From positions 17,492 through 81,491 of the forward strand of contig DASWKR010000083.1 in the NCBI GenBank assembly GCA_036396535.1: a stretch of 64,000 nucleotides of DNA, read 5' to 3'. This DNA comes from Acidimicrobiia bacterium. Its GTDB lineage: Bacteria; Actinomycetota; Acidimicrobiia; Spongiisociales; UBA5794. Position 1 is the first letter of the stretch; each line of letters opens with the position of its first letter. Position numbers and translations under genes: made by a program. Of this stretch, positions 38,033 to 47,353 are shown one piece after another. A model generated the notes under the pieces. It ran no database searches and had not been told where the DNA came from. It saw only the letters and a program-made list of their open reading frames with translations.

Positions 38033-39742
38033 GTGAAACCGACCGAGCGCAGGCCGCGAGCAGGCCCGTTGAGGCGCATCGCAGCCGTGGCCGCAGCCGG
38101 CGGCGGAGTCGGCCTGCTCTTCGTCGTGCTGCTCGTTGTCGGCTCCGAGCGAGCCGCCGCCGCCGTGTTGCTGCTCGTACCGGTGGCGGTGCTGGCGCTG
38201 GCCCGGGGAGGCGGCGGCTACATCGATCGCCACGTCGGGAGGCGGGCCTTGGCACACGGCCTCATCTCGGTGTGGGCCAGCGGGATGGCGGCGATCGTGG
38301 CTCCGTTCGAACGGGCTGCGCCGCCCCGGCTGGCGGCCGGGGTTGCCGCGCTAGCCGTCGTCGTCCTCGGCGTCGAGAACGTCGTCTGGGCGCGCTACCC
38401 GAGAGAGTTGGCGGCTGCCGGCTTCGGCGGCGACGTCGACGAGCGCCGGCGCAGCTCCGGGGCCGCTCTGGTCGTCTCGTGCGTCGCGGCGCAGCTCGCC
38501 GTGACGTCTCTGGTCGTCGCCGGCGCCACGGAGGAGGCGGTGACGGTGGGTTTCGGCGTCGTCGCGGCGGTGTACGCCGCCTGGGCCGTGGTGGTGATGG
38601 GGGCGGCAGTGACCCGGCTGCGTCACGGAGCCGCCGCCATGCGGCCCGTCATCGGTGCCGCGGTCGTCGAACACGCACCCGTGATCCTCGTCCACTTCAG
38701 CGGGGCGCTGCGGACCATGTACCAGCTCGATCAGTGGATTCCCCACCTGCAGGCGGCCGGACGTCCGATGTTGCTCGTCGTCAGGGAGGAGTCGACGTTC
38801 GAGGTGGTCGCAGGCCGCTGGGACGTGCCGGTGGTGTTCGTCGGCGACTTTCCCGACCTCGATCTCGTCGTCCCTCCCTCGGCAAGGCTGGCGGTGTACG
38901 TGAACACGGCCACGAAGAACAACCAACTCGTTCGCTTCACCTCGCTCACCCACGTCCAGCTGCACCATGGCGACAGCGACAAGCCACCCTCGTCCAGCAA
39001 GACGATGCGTCTCTACGACCATCACATCGTGGCCGGGGCGGCGGCCTACGAACGGCTCATCGGAGCAGGGATCGTCGACGGCCCCGACTCGGTGTCGATC
39101 GTCGGGAGGCCGCAAACGGACTCGATCCGACGCCGGCCGATCGCCGAGGGCCGCCCCTGCATCCTGTACGCGCCGACGTGGGAGGGGTACCACGTCGACA
39201 CGGCGCTGTCCTCACTTCCGCTCTCCGGCTACGAGCTCGTGCGGTCCATCCCCGCCCACGTCGACCTCCTCGTCCGCCCTCATCCGCTCACCGGGACGGT
39301 CGACGGAAGGCTGGCCGGGGTGGTGGCGGCGATCCGGGATGCCGTCGCGGAGCGCGGTGGCGAGTTCATCGAGCCGGGCGAGGAGTCGCTCGTCGACTCG
39401 ATCAACCGCGCCGACGTCCTCGTCACCGACATCTCGAGCGTGCTCGTCGATTTTCTGGCGACCGAACGGCCCGCCGTGGTGATCGATGTGCCCGGTCTCG
39501 GCGAGGACGCCTTCCGGGCGAGGTACCCGTCGGCGGCCTGGGCAGCGGTCGTCGGGGCCGACCTCGCCGGGCTGGAGGCGGTGCTCTCCGACGCCCTCGG
39601 CGCAGACACCCGCCGCCCGTTGCGGGCGGCGGCGAGGGCCGAGTTCCTCGCTCACGTCGGCAGAGCCGGGGAGCGGTTCGCCGGGGCGATCCGCGAGCTC
39701 ATCTCCCGTTCTGAGGTTCAGGCCGAGCTCGTCGAGCCGTAG
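38033..39742 (+). CDS. Membrane-fused CDP-glycerol/ribitol glycerophosphotransferase (TagF-like), paralog 1
   Basis: Multi-TM N-terminus; YQLDQWIP, HGDSDK, ILYAPTWEG, LVRPHP, LVTDISSV. Confidence 0.8.
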   Translation: MKPTERRPRAGPLRRIAAVAAAGGGVGLLFVVLLVVGSERAAAAVLLLVPVAVLALARGGGGYIDRHVGRRALAHGLISVWASGMAAIVAPFERAAPPRLAAGVAALAVVVLGVENVVWARYPRELAAAGFGGDVDERRRSSGAALVVSCVAAQLAVTSLVVAGATEEAVTVGFGVVAAVYAAWAVVVMGAAVTRLRHGAAAMRPVIGAAVVEHAPVILVHFSGALRTMYQLDQWIPHLQAAGRPMLLVVREESTFEVVAGRWDVPVVFVGDFPDLDLVVPPSARLAVYVNTATKNNQLVRFTSLTHVQLHHGDSDKPPSSSKTMRLYDHHIVAGAAAYERLIGAGIVDGPDSVSIVGRPQTDSIRRRPIAEGRPCILYAPTWEGYHVDTALSSLPLSGYELVRSIPAHVDLLVRPHPLTGTVDGRLAGVVAAIRDAVAERGGEFIEPGEESLVDSINRADVLVTDISSVLVDFLATERPAVVIDVPGLGEDAFRARYPSAAWAAVVGADLAGLEAVLSDALGADTRRPLRAAARAEFLAHVGRAGERFAGAIRELISRSEVQAELVEP

Positions 39743-41604
39743 AGGTCGTCCAGGGCGCGGTTGAACAGGTCGAGGGGATCCTCGTCCTGGCCGCCGATGA
39801 AGTAGGTGCGCGCCTGCTCCCGCTTCGGGCGCAGCGGGTCGTGGAGCAGGGCGCTCCTGAGGACCTGCGCCGTGGCGGGAGAGTCCGGGTCGATGACGTA
39901 TGCGGCCGCCGTCGTCGGGAACTCGTCGTGAAGAGCCTCGGGCGTGAGCCCGCGCGGGTTCGTGACGGCGCAGGGGCGGTCCCACCCCAAGAAATCGGAG
40001 ACCACGCTCGAGACGTCGGTCACGAGCAGGTCGGCGAAGTCGAACCACTCGTACAGGTGGACCCTGGGGTGACCTGACGTCGGTGGGTGGAACGTCGCAT
40101 CGGCAGCCAGCAGGGCGCGGATCTCGCCCACCACGGCTCCGAGCTCCCCCTGCCGGTGTCCGGTGAGCGGGTGCGGCTTGAAGATCACGCGAGTGCCGGG
40201 GAGCTCCCGCAGGATGGTCGTGACGAGGTCGACGCCGATCGTGGCGAGTGAGCTGTAGTCGGACTCGTCGAAGTATCCCTCCCAGGTCGGGGCGTAGAGG
40301 ATCGTTGGCGGGGTCTCGTCCCGATCCCGGTCGGCGAGCTCGGCGCGCAGGGCGGCGAGCGGAGCGGCGGCACCGTCGGCATCCGTCTTCGCCGCCTCGT
40401 GCTCTATGGCCAGGGTGCGCACCCGCGGAGAGAGCGGCGGCCGTCCGATGACCACGAAGTGCTCCGGCGGGATGTCGACACCCGCCGAGGCGTATCGATC
40501 GATTGCTGCCTGTCCCGAGACCCACACCTGGTCGTACGACCTGGTGAACGGGCTGGCCGAACCTGTCTTGTCGGAGTCGCCGTGCCCTATGAAGACGTGG
40601 GAGAGCCTCGGGTCCCGCTGCAGGTGGATGTTGAGTGTCCCGTTGGCGGGGTAGAGGGCGATCCTGGTCGAAGGGGTCACGAGCTTCTCGACCATCGAGT
40701 CCGAGCGGGCGACGATTCCGGGAAGCGTGGTCGTGTCGACCCTGCGGACGTCGCGGTGGCGGTAGACGAGCGCCACCCGCCTGCCGCATGCCTCGAACGT
40801 TCGCAGCCAGACATCCACGGCGTAGGTCGAGCCGCGGTGACCGTTGAAGTAGCACAGCACCTCCGGATCGGTGGCGATGAACTCGGCGAGCACCTCGTCG
40901 TCGTGTGCCAGCTTGAGAACCGGACGCAGCCGGCGGCATTGCCAGGCGACCAGCACGGCGTAGCCGACGGCGACGGCGACGATCACGGTGCCTGCGACGA
41001 TCACCGAATCGGCAGCGATCGGGCGCTCGGACGGCAGGGTCAGGAAGAATGCTGCGAAGCCGACCGCCATGTGCATCGGGAGCTCGGAGAGGTCCCTGCG
41101 CCTGGCGAGCAGCCTGGCCCGCTCGAGCCGCTCCGCCCCCGCCTGGATCGAGCCGAGTGGGCGAAGCACGCGGTCGGAGTCGAGGTACAAGGCCGGGGAG
41201 CGCATCACCCGCCCAACCAGGCCGATCCCGAGGGCGAAGACGCCGAACGCGACCACCAGGGCGTACGGCACTCGCCCGGAGGCGAGGGCAACGAAGAAGA
41301 GCAGCGTCCTCCAGTGGGCCCGCACGTCGAGGCCGCGACGCCAGTCGGACAGCCTGCGTCGCCGCCTGTTCTCGGGCAGGATGTCGCTGGCCTCAACGAT
41401 GGCGGCGACGGCCATGGCGCCACCTGCGATCAGCGGCCGCCTGGCGAGCGAGGCCACGGCGAGCGAGGCATACACCCCGAAGAACACGTAGCTGACGCGC
41501 AGCCCTCTGATCCCCCAGAGCTCGCGGCGATGGCGGACGACGAGCCCGGCGGCTCTGCGGGCCCTCGCCAGCCTCGACGCCGTGATCGTGTTGGTGGCCG
41601 TCAC
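39718..41604 (-). CDS. Membrane-fused CDP-glycerol/ribitol glycerophosphotransferase (TagF-like), paralog 2
   Basis: Multi-TM N-terminus; GHGDSDK, ILYAPTWEG, IFKPHP, LVTDVSSVVSDF. Confidence 0.8.
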   Translation of the reverse strand: MTATNTITASRLARARRAAGLVVRHRRELWGIRGLRVSYVFFGVYASLAVASLARRPLIAGGAMAVAAIVEASDILPENRRRRRLSDWRRGLDVRAHWRTLLFFVALASGRVPYALVVAFGVFALGIGLVGRVMRSPALYLDSDRVLRPLGSIQAGAERLERARLLARRRDLSELPMHMAVGFAAFFLTLPSERPIAADSVIVAGTVIVAVAVGYAVLVAWQCRRLRPVLKLAHDDEVLAEFIATDPEVLCYFNGHRGSTYAVDVWLRTFEACGRRVALVYRHRDVRRVDTTTLPGIVARSDSMVEKLVTPSTRIALYPANGTLNIHLQRDPRLSHVFIGHGDSDKTGSASPFTRSYDQVWVSGQAAIDRYASAGVDIPPEHFVVIGRPPLSPRVRTLAIEHEAAKTDADGAAAPLAALRAELADRDRDETPPTILYAPTWEGYFDESDYSSLATIGVDLVTTILRELPGTRVIFKPHPLTGHRQGELGAVVGEIRALLAADATFHPPTSGHPRVHLYEWFDFADLLVTDVSSVVSDFLGWDRPCAVTNPRGLTPEALHDEFPTTAAAYVIDPDSPATAQVLRSALLHDPLRPKREQARTYFIGGQDEDPLDLFNRALDDLYGSTSSA

Positions 41605-41630
41605 GGTCGGATCGTCAGCGGCGCACGTCG

Positions 41631-42979
41631 ATGACCTGGCCGGTCACCTCGCTCGCCAGGGTCTGGAGCGATGCCTCGGCGACTCGCCTCGCCGTGAGCA
41701 GCGTCTCGGGGTCCTCGTTGCCGAAGTTGCTGGTTCGCATCGGGGTGAGGGTGCGCTCGGGGTTCAAGCAGTTGATCCGCACGCCGAGGTCCGCCCACTC
41801 GTCTGCGAGCGCCTGTACCAGGTTGACGACGGCTGCCTTCGACGACGAGTAGATCGAGTAATGGGCCCTGCCCCTCGTGAACGAGCTCGACGTGAAGCAC
41901 AACAGGTTGCCCCTGGAGGCCGTCAGGTACGGGAACGACGCCCGGGCGACGTTCACGGCGCCGAGGTAGTTGACGCGCAGGATCTGCTCGATCTCGTCGT
42001 CCGACTGCTGGCTGATCGCCTTGATCCGCAGCAGCCCTGCGGTGTTGACCACGTAGTCGATCTTCCCTGCGTCTGCGTGGATCTTCTCGAGGGCGGCTCG
42101 CACGTCTCCGATGTCCTCGACGTGGGTTCCGGTGGTCGACCGGCTGAGCAGGTGGCAATGGGCGCCGAGCTCCTCGGCGAGCGCGCCGATCTCGGCGCCG
42201 ATCCCGTACGAGCCTCCGAACACGACGAGGTGCCTGCCCTGCATGCGGGAGGCGACCTCGTCGGCGTCGAACGCACCATGCTCGAGCATCTTGAGCTGAA
42301 AGAGCTTGTCGGCGAGGTACACGTCGATCGGATGGGTGATCTTGATGTTCGTCTCGGATCCCTCGACGACCCTGATCTCGGTATCCGGCAGGTAGTGGGC
42401 GACGACGCCGCAGTCGTCGGTCGCCGCGAAGGAAGGGTCGGCGGCGGCAGCCTCGTATGCCTTGCGGAGCGCCGGCAATCGGAACCCCTGGGGGGTCTGC
42501 CCGCGCCGCAGGCGTCCCCGCTCCGGGATCGCTTGGATCCTGACGTTGTCGACCTCGATGATCGTGTCGGCGGACGGGATGGCGACGTCGACGGCGTCCA
42601 CCTCGTCGAGGGCAGCGATGCACTCGCGGATGATCCTGGCGTCGACGAACGGCCGAACCGCGTCGTGGAGGAGCAGCTTCCCGTCCGGTTGGTCGGCGAG
42701 GGCATCGAGGGCCGCTCTCGTCGAGTCGTTTCGGGTGACCCCCCCGGAGAGCACGCGGTCCACCTTCGTCGCCTTGGCAGCCGCCACGATGGCTCGCACC
42801 GACGGGATGAGGTCACCGCGGGTGACGATGATGATCTCGTCGACCTCTTCGATCGACTCGAAGGCGTCGATCGTGTGCTCGAGCACGCTCTTTCCGGCCA
42901 CCCTGAGCAGTTGCTTGGGTGTGTCCGAGCCGAGACGGACGCCGCTGCCCGCGGCGAGGATGGCGGCAGTCACTCTCAT
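41631..42979 (-). CDS. Bifunctional cytidylyltransferase/SDR reductase (CDP-ribitol synthase-like, IspD/TarI plus SDR)
   Basis: LAAGSGVRLG..PKQ, LLHDAVRPF, GQTPQGF, NIKITHPID, then GGSYGIG and YSSSK SDR motifs. Confidence 0.9.
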
Positions 42980-43145
42980 GCTGAGGATTCCAGGGCTCGT
43001 CCAGGGTCGTCGAGACCGCCATGGTAGAGGGCCGGTCGTTCCGTGGGTGGCAACCGGAGGCCACCCGGTCACCACGCGGCGATGTGGGGTGCAGATCGCC
43101 ATGGCGGTCACCACCTGTACAATCCCCTGCGACTCAGGAGGTCGG

Positions 43146-44180
43146 TTGGCTTCTCGCATTCCTCGAGTCGTTCTGCACGTCGGGATCCACAAGACGGGCA
43201 CGACGACGCTCCAGGTGGCGCTGGCGGCGCTGCGCAGGCAGCTGCGCGCCAACGGCGTCGCCCTGATCACCATCGAGCAGATGAAGAAGCTCAGGCACGA
43301 GAGCGTCTGGGCAGCGCGTCGCACGGCCAATCGCCTCGAGGCGCCCCTCTTCCTCGAGGAGTTCCGGTCGCTCGTCGACTCCGAGATCGAGGCCGTCGAG
43401 AGGAAGTCCGGCGAGCCGGTGCGTCAAGTGCTCGTGAGCAACGAGCGGATGGTCGGGGCCCGGATGCCGTCCGAAGGGGACTATCCGGTGTTCCGTCCCC
43501 AGACCGAGGCAGCCATGGGCGAGATCATCGATGCCCTCGATCCCGGAGAGGTCCACGTCGCCCTGTACACCCGCCGCCAGGACCGGCTCATCGAGTCCTG
43601 CTATCTGTGGGAGGTCCAGAAGGGCCTGTCACACTCGATTCGCGAGCAGTTTCCGTTCATCGACGAGCCGGTCATGCGGTACTACGAGCTCGCCAACCGC
43701 ATCGCCAAGGTCCGGCGCGTCGACTCGATGCGCGTCAGGCCCTTCGAGATCATCTCGGGCGGCTCGCTGGCCTACCTCGACGACTACCTGTCGAACGTGG
43801 GCCTCGACGGCAAGCTCGACTACTCGGAGTTCGCGAAGGATCCCTCCGCCAACAGGTCGTACTCGCAGAAGGCCCTCGACCTGGCGCGAGCGATGAACCC
43901 CCACCTCGACACGAAGGAAGAGCGTGACGCGGTGCGCCGCTTCCTGAAGAAGCAGTTCTCCACGGACGGCTACCCGGCGGCCAAGATCTTGAGCGATGCC
44001 GAACGCGAGAAGCTCGTCGCCTTGTACCGGGAGGACAACGAGCGCCTCTTCTCCACCTGGATGCCCGAGCTTCCGTACGACGCCTATTCGACTGTCGACG
44101 GCGTTGCCAAGCTCAAGTCGGTGCTTCCGAAGTTGGAGGCCCGTCCAGGCGCAACCGCGGTTGGGAAGAGCGCTTCCTGA
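43146..44180 (+). CDS. Sulfotransferase-fold (P-loop) protein, paralog 2
   Basis: VVLHVGIHKTGTTTLQ, LVSNE, YTRRQDRLIES; AGGAGG RBS before TTG. Confidence 0.7.
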   Translation: MASRIPRVVLHVGIHKTGTTTLQVALAALRRQLRANGVALITIEQMKKLRHESVWAARRTANRLEAPLFLEEFRSLVDSEIEAVERKSGEPVRQVLVSNERMVGARMPSEGDYPVFRPQTEAAMGEIIDALDPGEVHVALYTRRQDRLIESCYLWEVQKGLSHSIREQFPFIDEPVMRYYELANRIAKVRRVDSMRVRPFEIISGGSLAYLDDYLSNVGLDGKLDYSEFAKDPSANRSYSQKALDLARAMNPHLDTKEERDAVRRFLKKQFSTDGYPAAKILSDAEREKLVALYREDNERLFSTWMPELPYDAYSTVDGVAKLKSVLPKLEARPGATAVGKSAS

Positions 44181-46194
44181 CGCTCGGCGTGGTCTGCCTG
44201 CTGCGGCGGGCCGGGTGGCCTGCCGGGGCGATCTCCTCGACCAGCTCTGCCACCGTCGAACCGAGGTGGGCCTCGGCGCTCCTCGGAGCCCGGACCCGCT
44301 GCGCGTAGCGCCGCCCATAATCGTCTGCGAGGTCGGGGCGTTCGCGCTCGACCCAGCCCATGACGTGCTCCTTGACCCCGGGCTTCAGGTGGAGGTACAT
44401 GGGAGCGATGAACCGCGCCCCGGCGTCGACGGCGGCAGCGACCACGGCCGCCAGCTGGTCCCTGCGATCGCTCATTCCCGGGAGCACAGGTGCCATGAGC
44501 ACGCCTGAAGGGATCCCCGCCTCGTTGAGTCGCGCCACCGCCTCGATCCGCTTGCGCGGGTGCGCCGTGCCCGGCTCGGTGGCCCGCCAAACCTCTTCGT
44601 CGACGGTGCCGACCGAGAAGTCGACTTTGACGTCCGCGTCCTTGGCCGCCTCGACGAGAAGGTCGATGTCGCGCAACACGAGCGGCGACTTCGTCAGGAT
44701 CGAGAACGGGTTCTTCCTCTCGCCGAGGGCCTCGAGCACGCCGCGGGTCAGCCGGTACTTGCCCTCTGCCGCCTGGTACGGATCGGTGTTCGTCCCCATG
44801 GCGATCCCGCCACCGCCCCAGCGGCCCGGGTGCAGCTCGACTCGCGCCAGCTCGGGTGCGTTGACCTTGACGACGATCTTCGAGTCGAAGTCGGCGCCGA
44901 TGCCGAGCCCGAGGTACTCGTGGGTCGGGCGAGCGAAGCAGTTGTGGCTGATGACGCCGTTTGCGACGAAGTCACCGGTCGTGGTCGTGAGGTCGTACAT
45001 GGGGATCTCGAATCCAAGTGGCTCGATTGCAACGACCCGCCTCACCGCGTTCTTCACGGCTCGCCCGGTGAACGTCCTCTTGCGGGTCGTCGCCGGATCG
45101 ACGGTGTGGAGGAAGCGGAGATGCTCCATCAGGCCCCCGCGGATGCGGACATACGTGACCCGCTTCTGGCGTTGGGCACCTGGGTCGCTGGCGGCGTCGA
45201 AGCCGAAGCGACGCAGCCCGCCGTGGATTCGGTCGATCAACTCGCCATCCGTGTTGGCGATCCGCAAGACGCCCTGGCTGTAGCTTCCCTCGGCATCGAA
45301 TATCCCGGCGAGAAAGCCTCTGGACCAATCATCGTCGACGATATCCGGCCAGGCGATGATGTCACGGATCGCATCCACAGCGGATGCACGCGAGGTGCGG
45401 ACGGCGTGCATCGCGCTTCGCGTCGCCGTTGCAGCGGAGAACTCGAAGCGTCGCGTCGTTACGCCGGCAGCTAGCAGGTATGCCTCGGCCCGATCGAGCG
45501 GCTCGGAATCGATCAGAGCGAGACGGAAGCGGTGTACGACCCGGTGTGCGCCGCCCGGTGCCGGGTACCTGTACGTCCCCAAGTGCCCGTCGCCTCGGAT
45601 CATGCCGCACAGGTAGCCACGACGATATCCCTCGTTCTCCTTCGGGCGATCCGTCGCTCCGCCGGGGCCGATCAGCAGATTCGACGGCGTGAGATGCGCC
45701 CGGCGCGACGACCCCTGTTGAGCACCGGTTGCGAACTTCCAACCGCGGTCCGTGAGGAAGCGGTGATCGGGCCCGCAGATGAGCGAGGCTCCATCGTCGA
45801 GCGTGATGCGGTGGGCGCGGGCCGTGGTCGTCCAGTGGTCGAGCACGGTGCTCTCGACGTAGCGGCGATACCTACCTCGACGCTCCGTCCCCACGACGAC
45901 GTCGCCGGTCCGCACGTCGCGTAGATCCGCAAGTCTGCCGTCCGCCGTGAGTACGGGCGTATCGCCGGACAGGCAGTAGACGCATGCATGACTGCATCCC
46001 CGGTACACGTTGATCGTGTAGCGGAAGGGAAGGGGCCCGGCCGGGACTTCGTTGATGAGCGTCTTGGCCCTCACCTCGAGGAACTCGAGGCCTCGGTATG
46101 CGCCCTTGCCCACCGTCCGCACGGGAACCTCGTCGAAGAGGGTCAGCTGCGGCGACGGCTGATCGGCCAGGCTCCAGCGCAGGTTGTCGGACAT
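44113..46194 (-). CDS. Rv2578c-family (SplB-like) radical SAM protein, intein-containing
   Basis: YTINVYRGCSHACVY|CFARPTHEYL, IAMGTNTDPYQ, SILTKSPL; 3' end overlaps the convergent gene. Confidence 0.9.
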   Translation of the reverse strand: MSDNLRWSLADQPSPQLTLFDEVPVRTVGKGAYRGLEFLEVRAKTLINEVPAGPLPFRYTINVYRGCSHACVYCLSGDTPVLTADGRLADLRDVRTGDVVVGTERRGRYRRYVESTVLDHWTTTARAHRITLDDGASLICGPDHRFLTDRGWKFATGAQQGSSRRAHLTPSNLLIGPGGATDRPKENEGYRRGYLCGMIRGDGHLGTYRYPAPGGAHRVVHRFRLALIDSEPLDRAEAYLLAAGVTTRRFEFSAATATRSAMHAVRTSRASAVDAIRDIIAWPDIVDDDWSRGFLAGIFDAEGSYSQGVLRIANTDGELIDRIHGGLRRFGFDAASDPGAQRQKRVTYVRIRGGLMEHLRFLHTVDPATTRKRTFTGRAVKNAVRRVVAIEPLGFEIPMYDLTTTTGDFVANGVISHNCFARPTHEYLGLGIGADFDSKIVVKVNAPELARVELHPGRWGGGGIAMGTNTDPYQAAEGKYRLTRGVLEALGERKNPFSILTKSPLVLRDIDLLVEAAKDADVKVDFSVGTVDEEVWRATEPGTAHPRKRIEAVARLNEAGIPSGVLMAPVLPGMSDRRDQLAAVVAAAVDAGARFIAPMYLHLKPGVKEHVMGWVERERPDLADDYGRRYAQRVRAPRSAEAHLGSTVAELVEEIAPAGHPARRSRQTTPSVRKRSSQPRLRLDGPPTSEAPT
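44941..45975 (-). mobile_element. Intein (345 aa) with LAGLIDADG homing endonuclease inside the radical SAM CxxxCxxC motif
   Basis: Starts CLSGDTPV; block B GPDHRF; YLCGMIRGDG and FLAGIFDAEG motifs; ends MYDLTTTTGDFVANGVISHN followed by Cys. Confidence 0.94.
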
Positions 46195-46207
46195 GCCGAC
46201 GAGCGTA

Positions 46208-46225
46208 GTCGAACACGTGTTCGAC
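46208..46225. promoter_or_regulatory. LexA SOS box GTCGAACACGTGTTCGAC
   Basis: Perfect palindrome matching the actinobacterial TCGAAC-N4-GTTCGA consensus; abuts the TACGCT -10 (46202-46207, minus strand) of the radical SAM gene. Confidence 0.88.
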
Positions 46226-46237
46226 GCAATCGAGACC

Positions 46238-47167
46238 CTAGAGGAGGCTCTCCAGGTCGTACATGCTCATCGGATGGCGCAACTTCGAGAGCGCCTTCGT
46301 CTCGATCTGCCTGACGCGTTCCCTCGTCATGCCGAGCGACTTGCCGACGTCGGAGAGCGTGCGCGGCATCTCCCCCGTGAGGCCGTAGCGGGACAAGATG
46401 ATCTCGCGCTCCGTCGGGTCGAGCATCGCCAGCGCTTTCTGCAGCTCGGTGCGACGATCGTCTTCGAGCACCACCACGAAGGGGTCGACGGCCTGGTCGT
46501 CCTCCACGAAGTCGCCGAGTTGTGCGTCGCCGTCCTCGCCGACCGGGCGCTCCAGGGAGACGCAATCGCCCGGCGCGCTGAGGGCGATCACGATCTTGTC
46601 CTCGTCGAGGCCGCTGAGCTCCGAGATCTCCTCGACGGTCGGGCGCCGTCTGTAATGCTCCTGCAGCGACAGCTCGGTCTCCTGAACGGTGCGGACGACA
46701 TCGACCATGTGCACCGGCAGCCGGATCGTTCTGCCGTGGTTGCCGAGGCCTCGCGAGATCGCTTGCCTGATCCACCAGGTGGCGTACGTCGAGAACTTGA
46801 AGCCCTTGCGCCAGTCGAACTTCTCGACCGCCCTTATCAGCCCGAGATTCCCCTCCTGGATGAGGTCGAGGAGGTCGAGGCCGCGACCGGTGTACCGCTT
46901 GGCGATGGAGATCACGAGACGCAGGTTCGACCGGATGAACTCGGCTTTGGCATCCTCGGCGGCGCGCACCTCGCGGCGCAGGGCGCTTCTCTCCACTCCG
47001 TCGAGGACGGGTTCCGAGGCCAGTCTGATCTCGGCTCTGCGGCCGATCTCGATCGCTCGAGCCAGGCGAACTTCGTCCTCGGCCGTGAGCAGGGTGTGCT
47101 CCGACACTTCCTCGAGGTAGATGCCGACTGCGTCGGCAGCCGCCACATCGCGGGCCTTCTTGGCCAC
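46238..47167 (-). CDS. Sigma-70 family RNA polymerase sigma factor, group 2 (SigB-like)
   Basis: Region 1.2 DAVGIYLEEV, SNLRLVISIAKRY, DLIQEGNLGL, KFSTYATWWIRQAI, TRERVRQIE; no region 1.1. Confidence 0.92.
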   Translation of the reverse strand: MAKKARDVAAADAVGIYLEEVSEHTLLTAEDEVRLARAIEIGRRAEIRLASEPVLDGVERSALRREVRAAEDAKAEFIRSNLRLVISIAKRYTGRGLDLLDLIQEGNLGLIRAVEKFDWRKGFKFSTYATWWIRQAISRGLGNHGRTIRLPVHMVDVVRTVQETELSLQEHYRRRPTVEEISELSGLDEDKIVIALSAPGDCVSLERPVGEDGDAQLGDFVEDDQAVDPFVVVLEDDRRTELQKALAMLDPTEREIILSRYGLTGEMPRTLSDVGKSLGMTRERVRQIETKALSKLRHPMSMYDLESLL

Positions 47168-47353
47168 GCCCCCCTCCTTCTCCGGGCTCCGACGCCAGAC
47201 GAGCGCCATCGGGAAGCCTGGAAGGGCAACGTATCACGGGTTTGCATGGCTCGCAACGGCGGGGGTGGCGCCATTGCTGCGCCCCCTTGTTACCCTGGCA
47301 CGGCTGGGGCACGGCGCGAGCCGCCCTGGTCATCGGGCTTTTCGGGAGTTGCA

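Noticed and set aside
44113-44180. 68-bp convergent overlap of the radical SAM gene and P-loop protein 2 as a functional antisense arrangement
   Set aside because: The radical SAM tail there is low-complexity and looks like incidental stop-codon drift.
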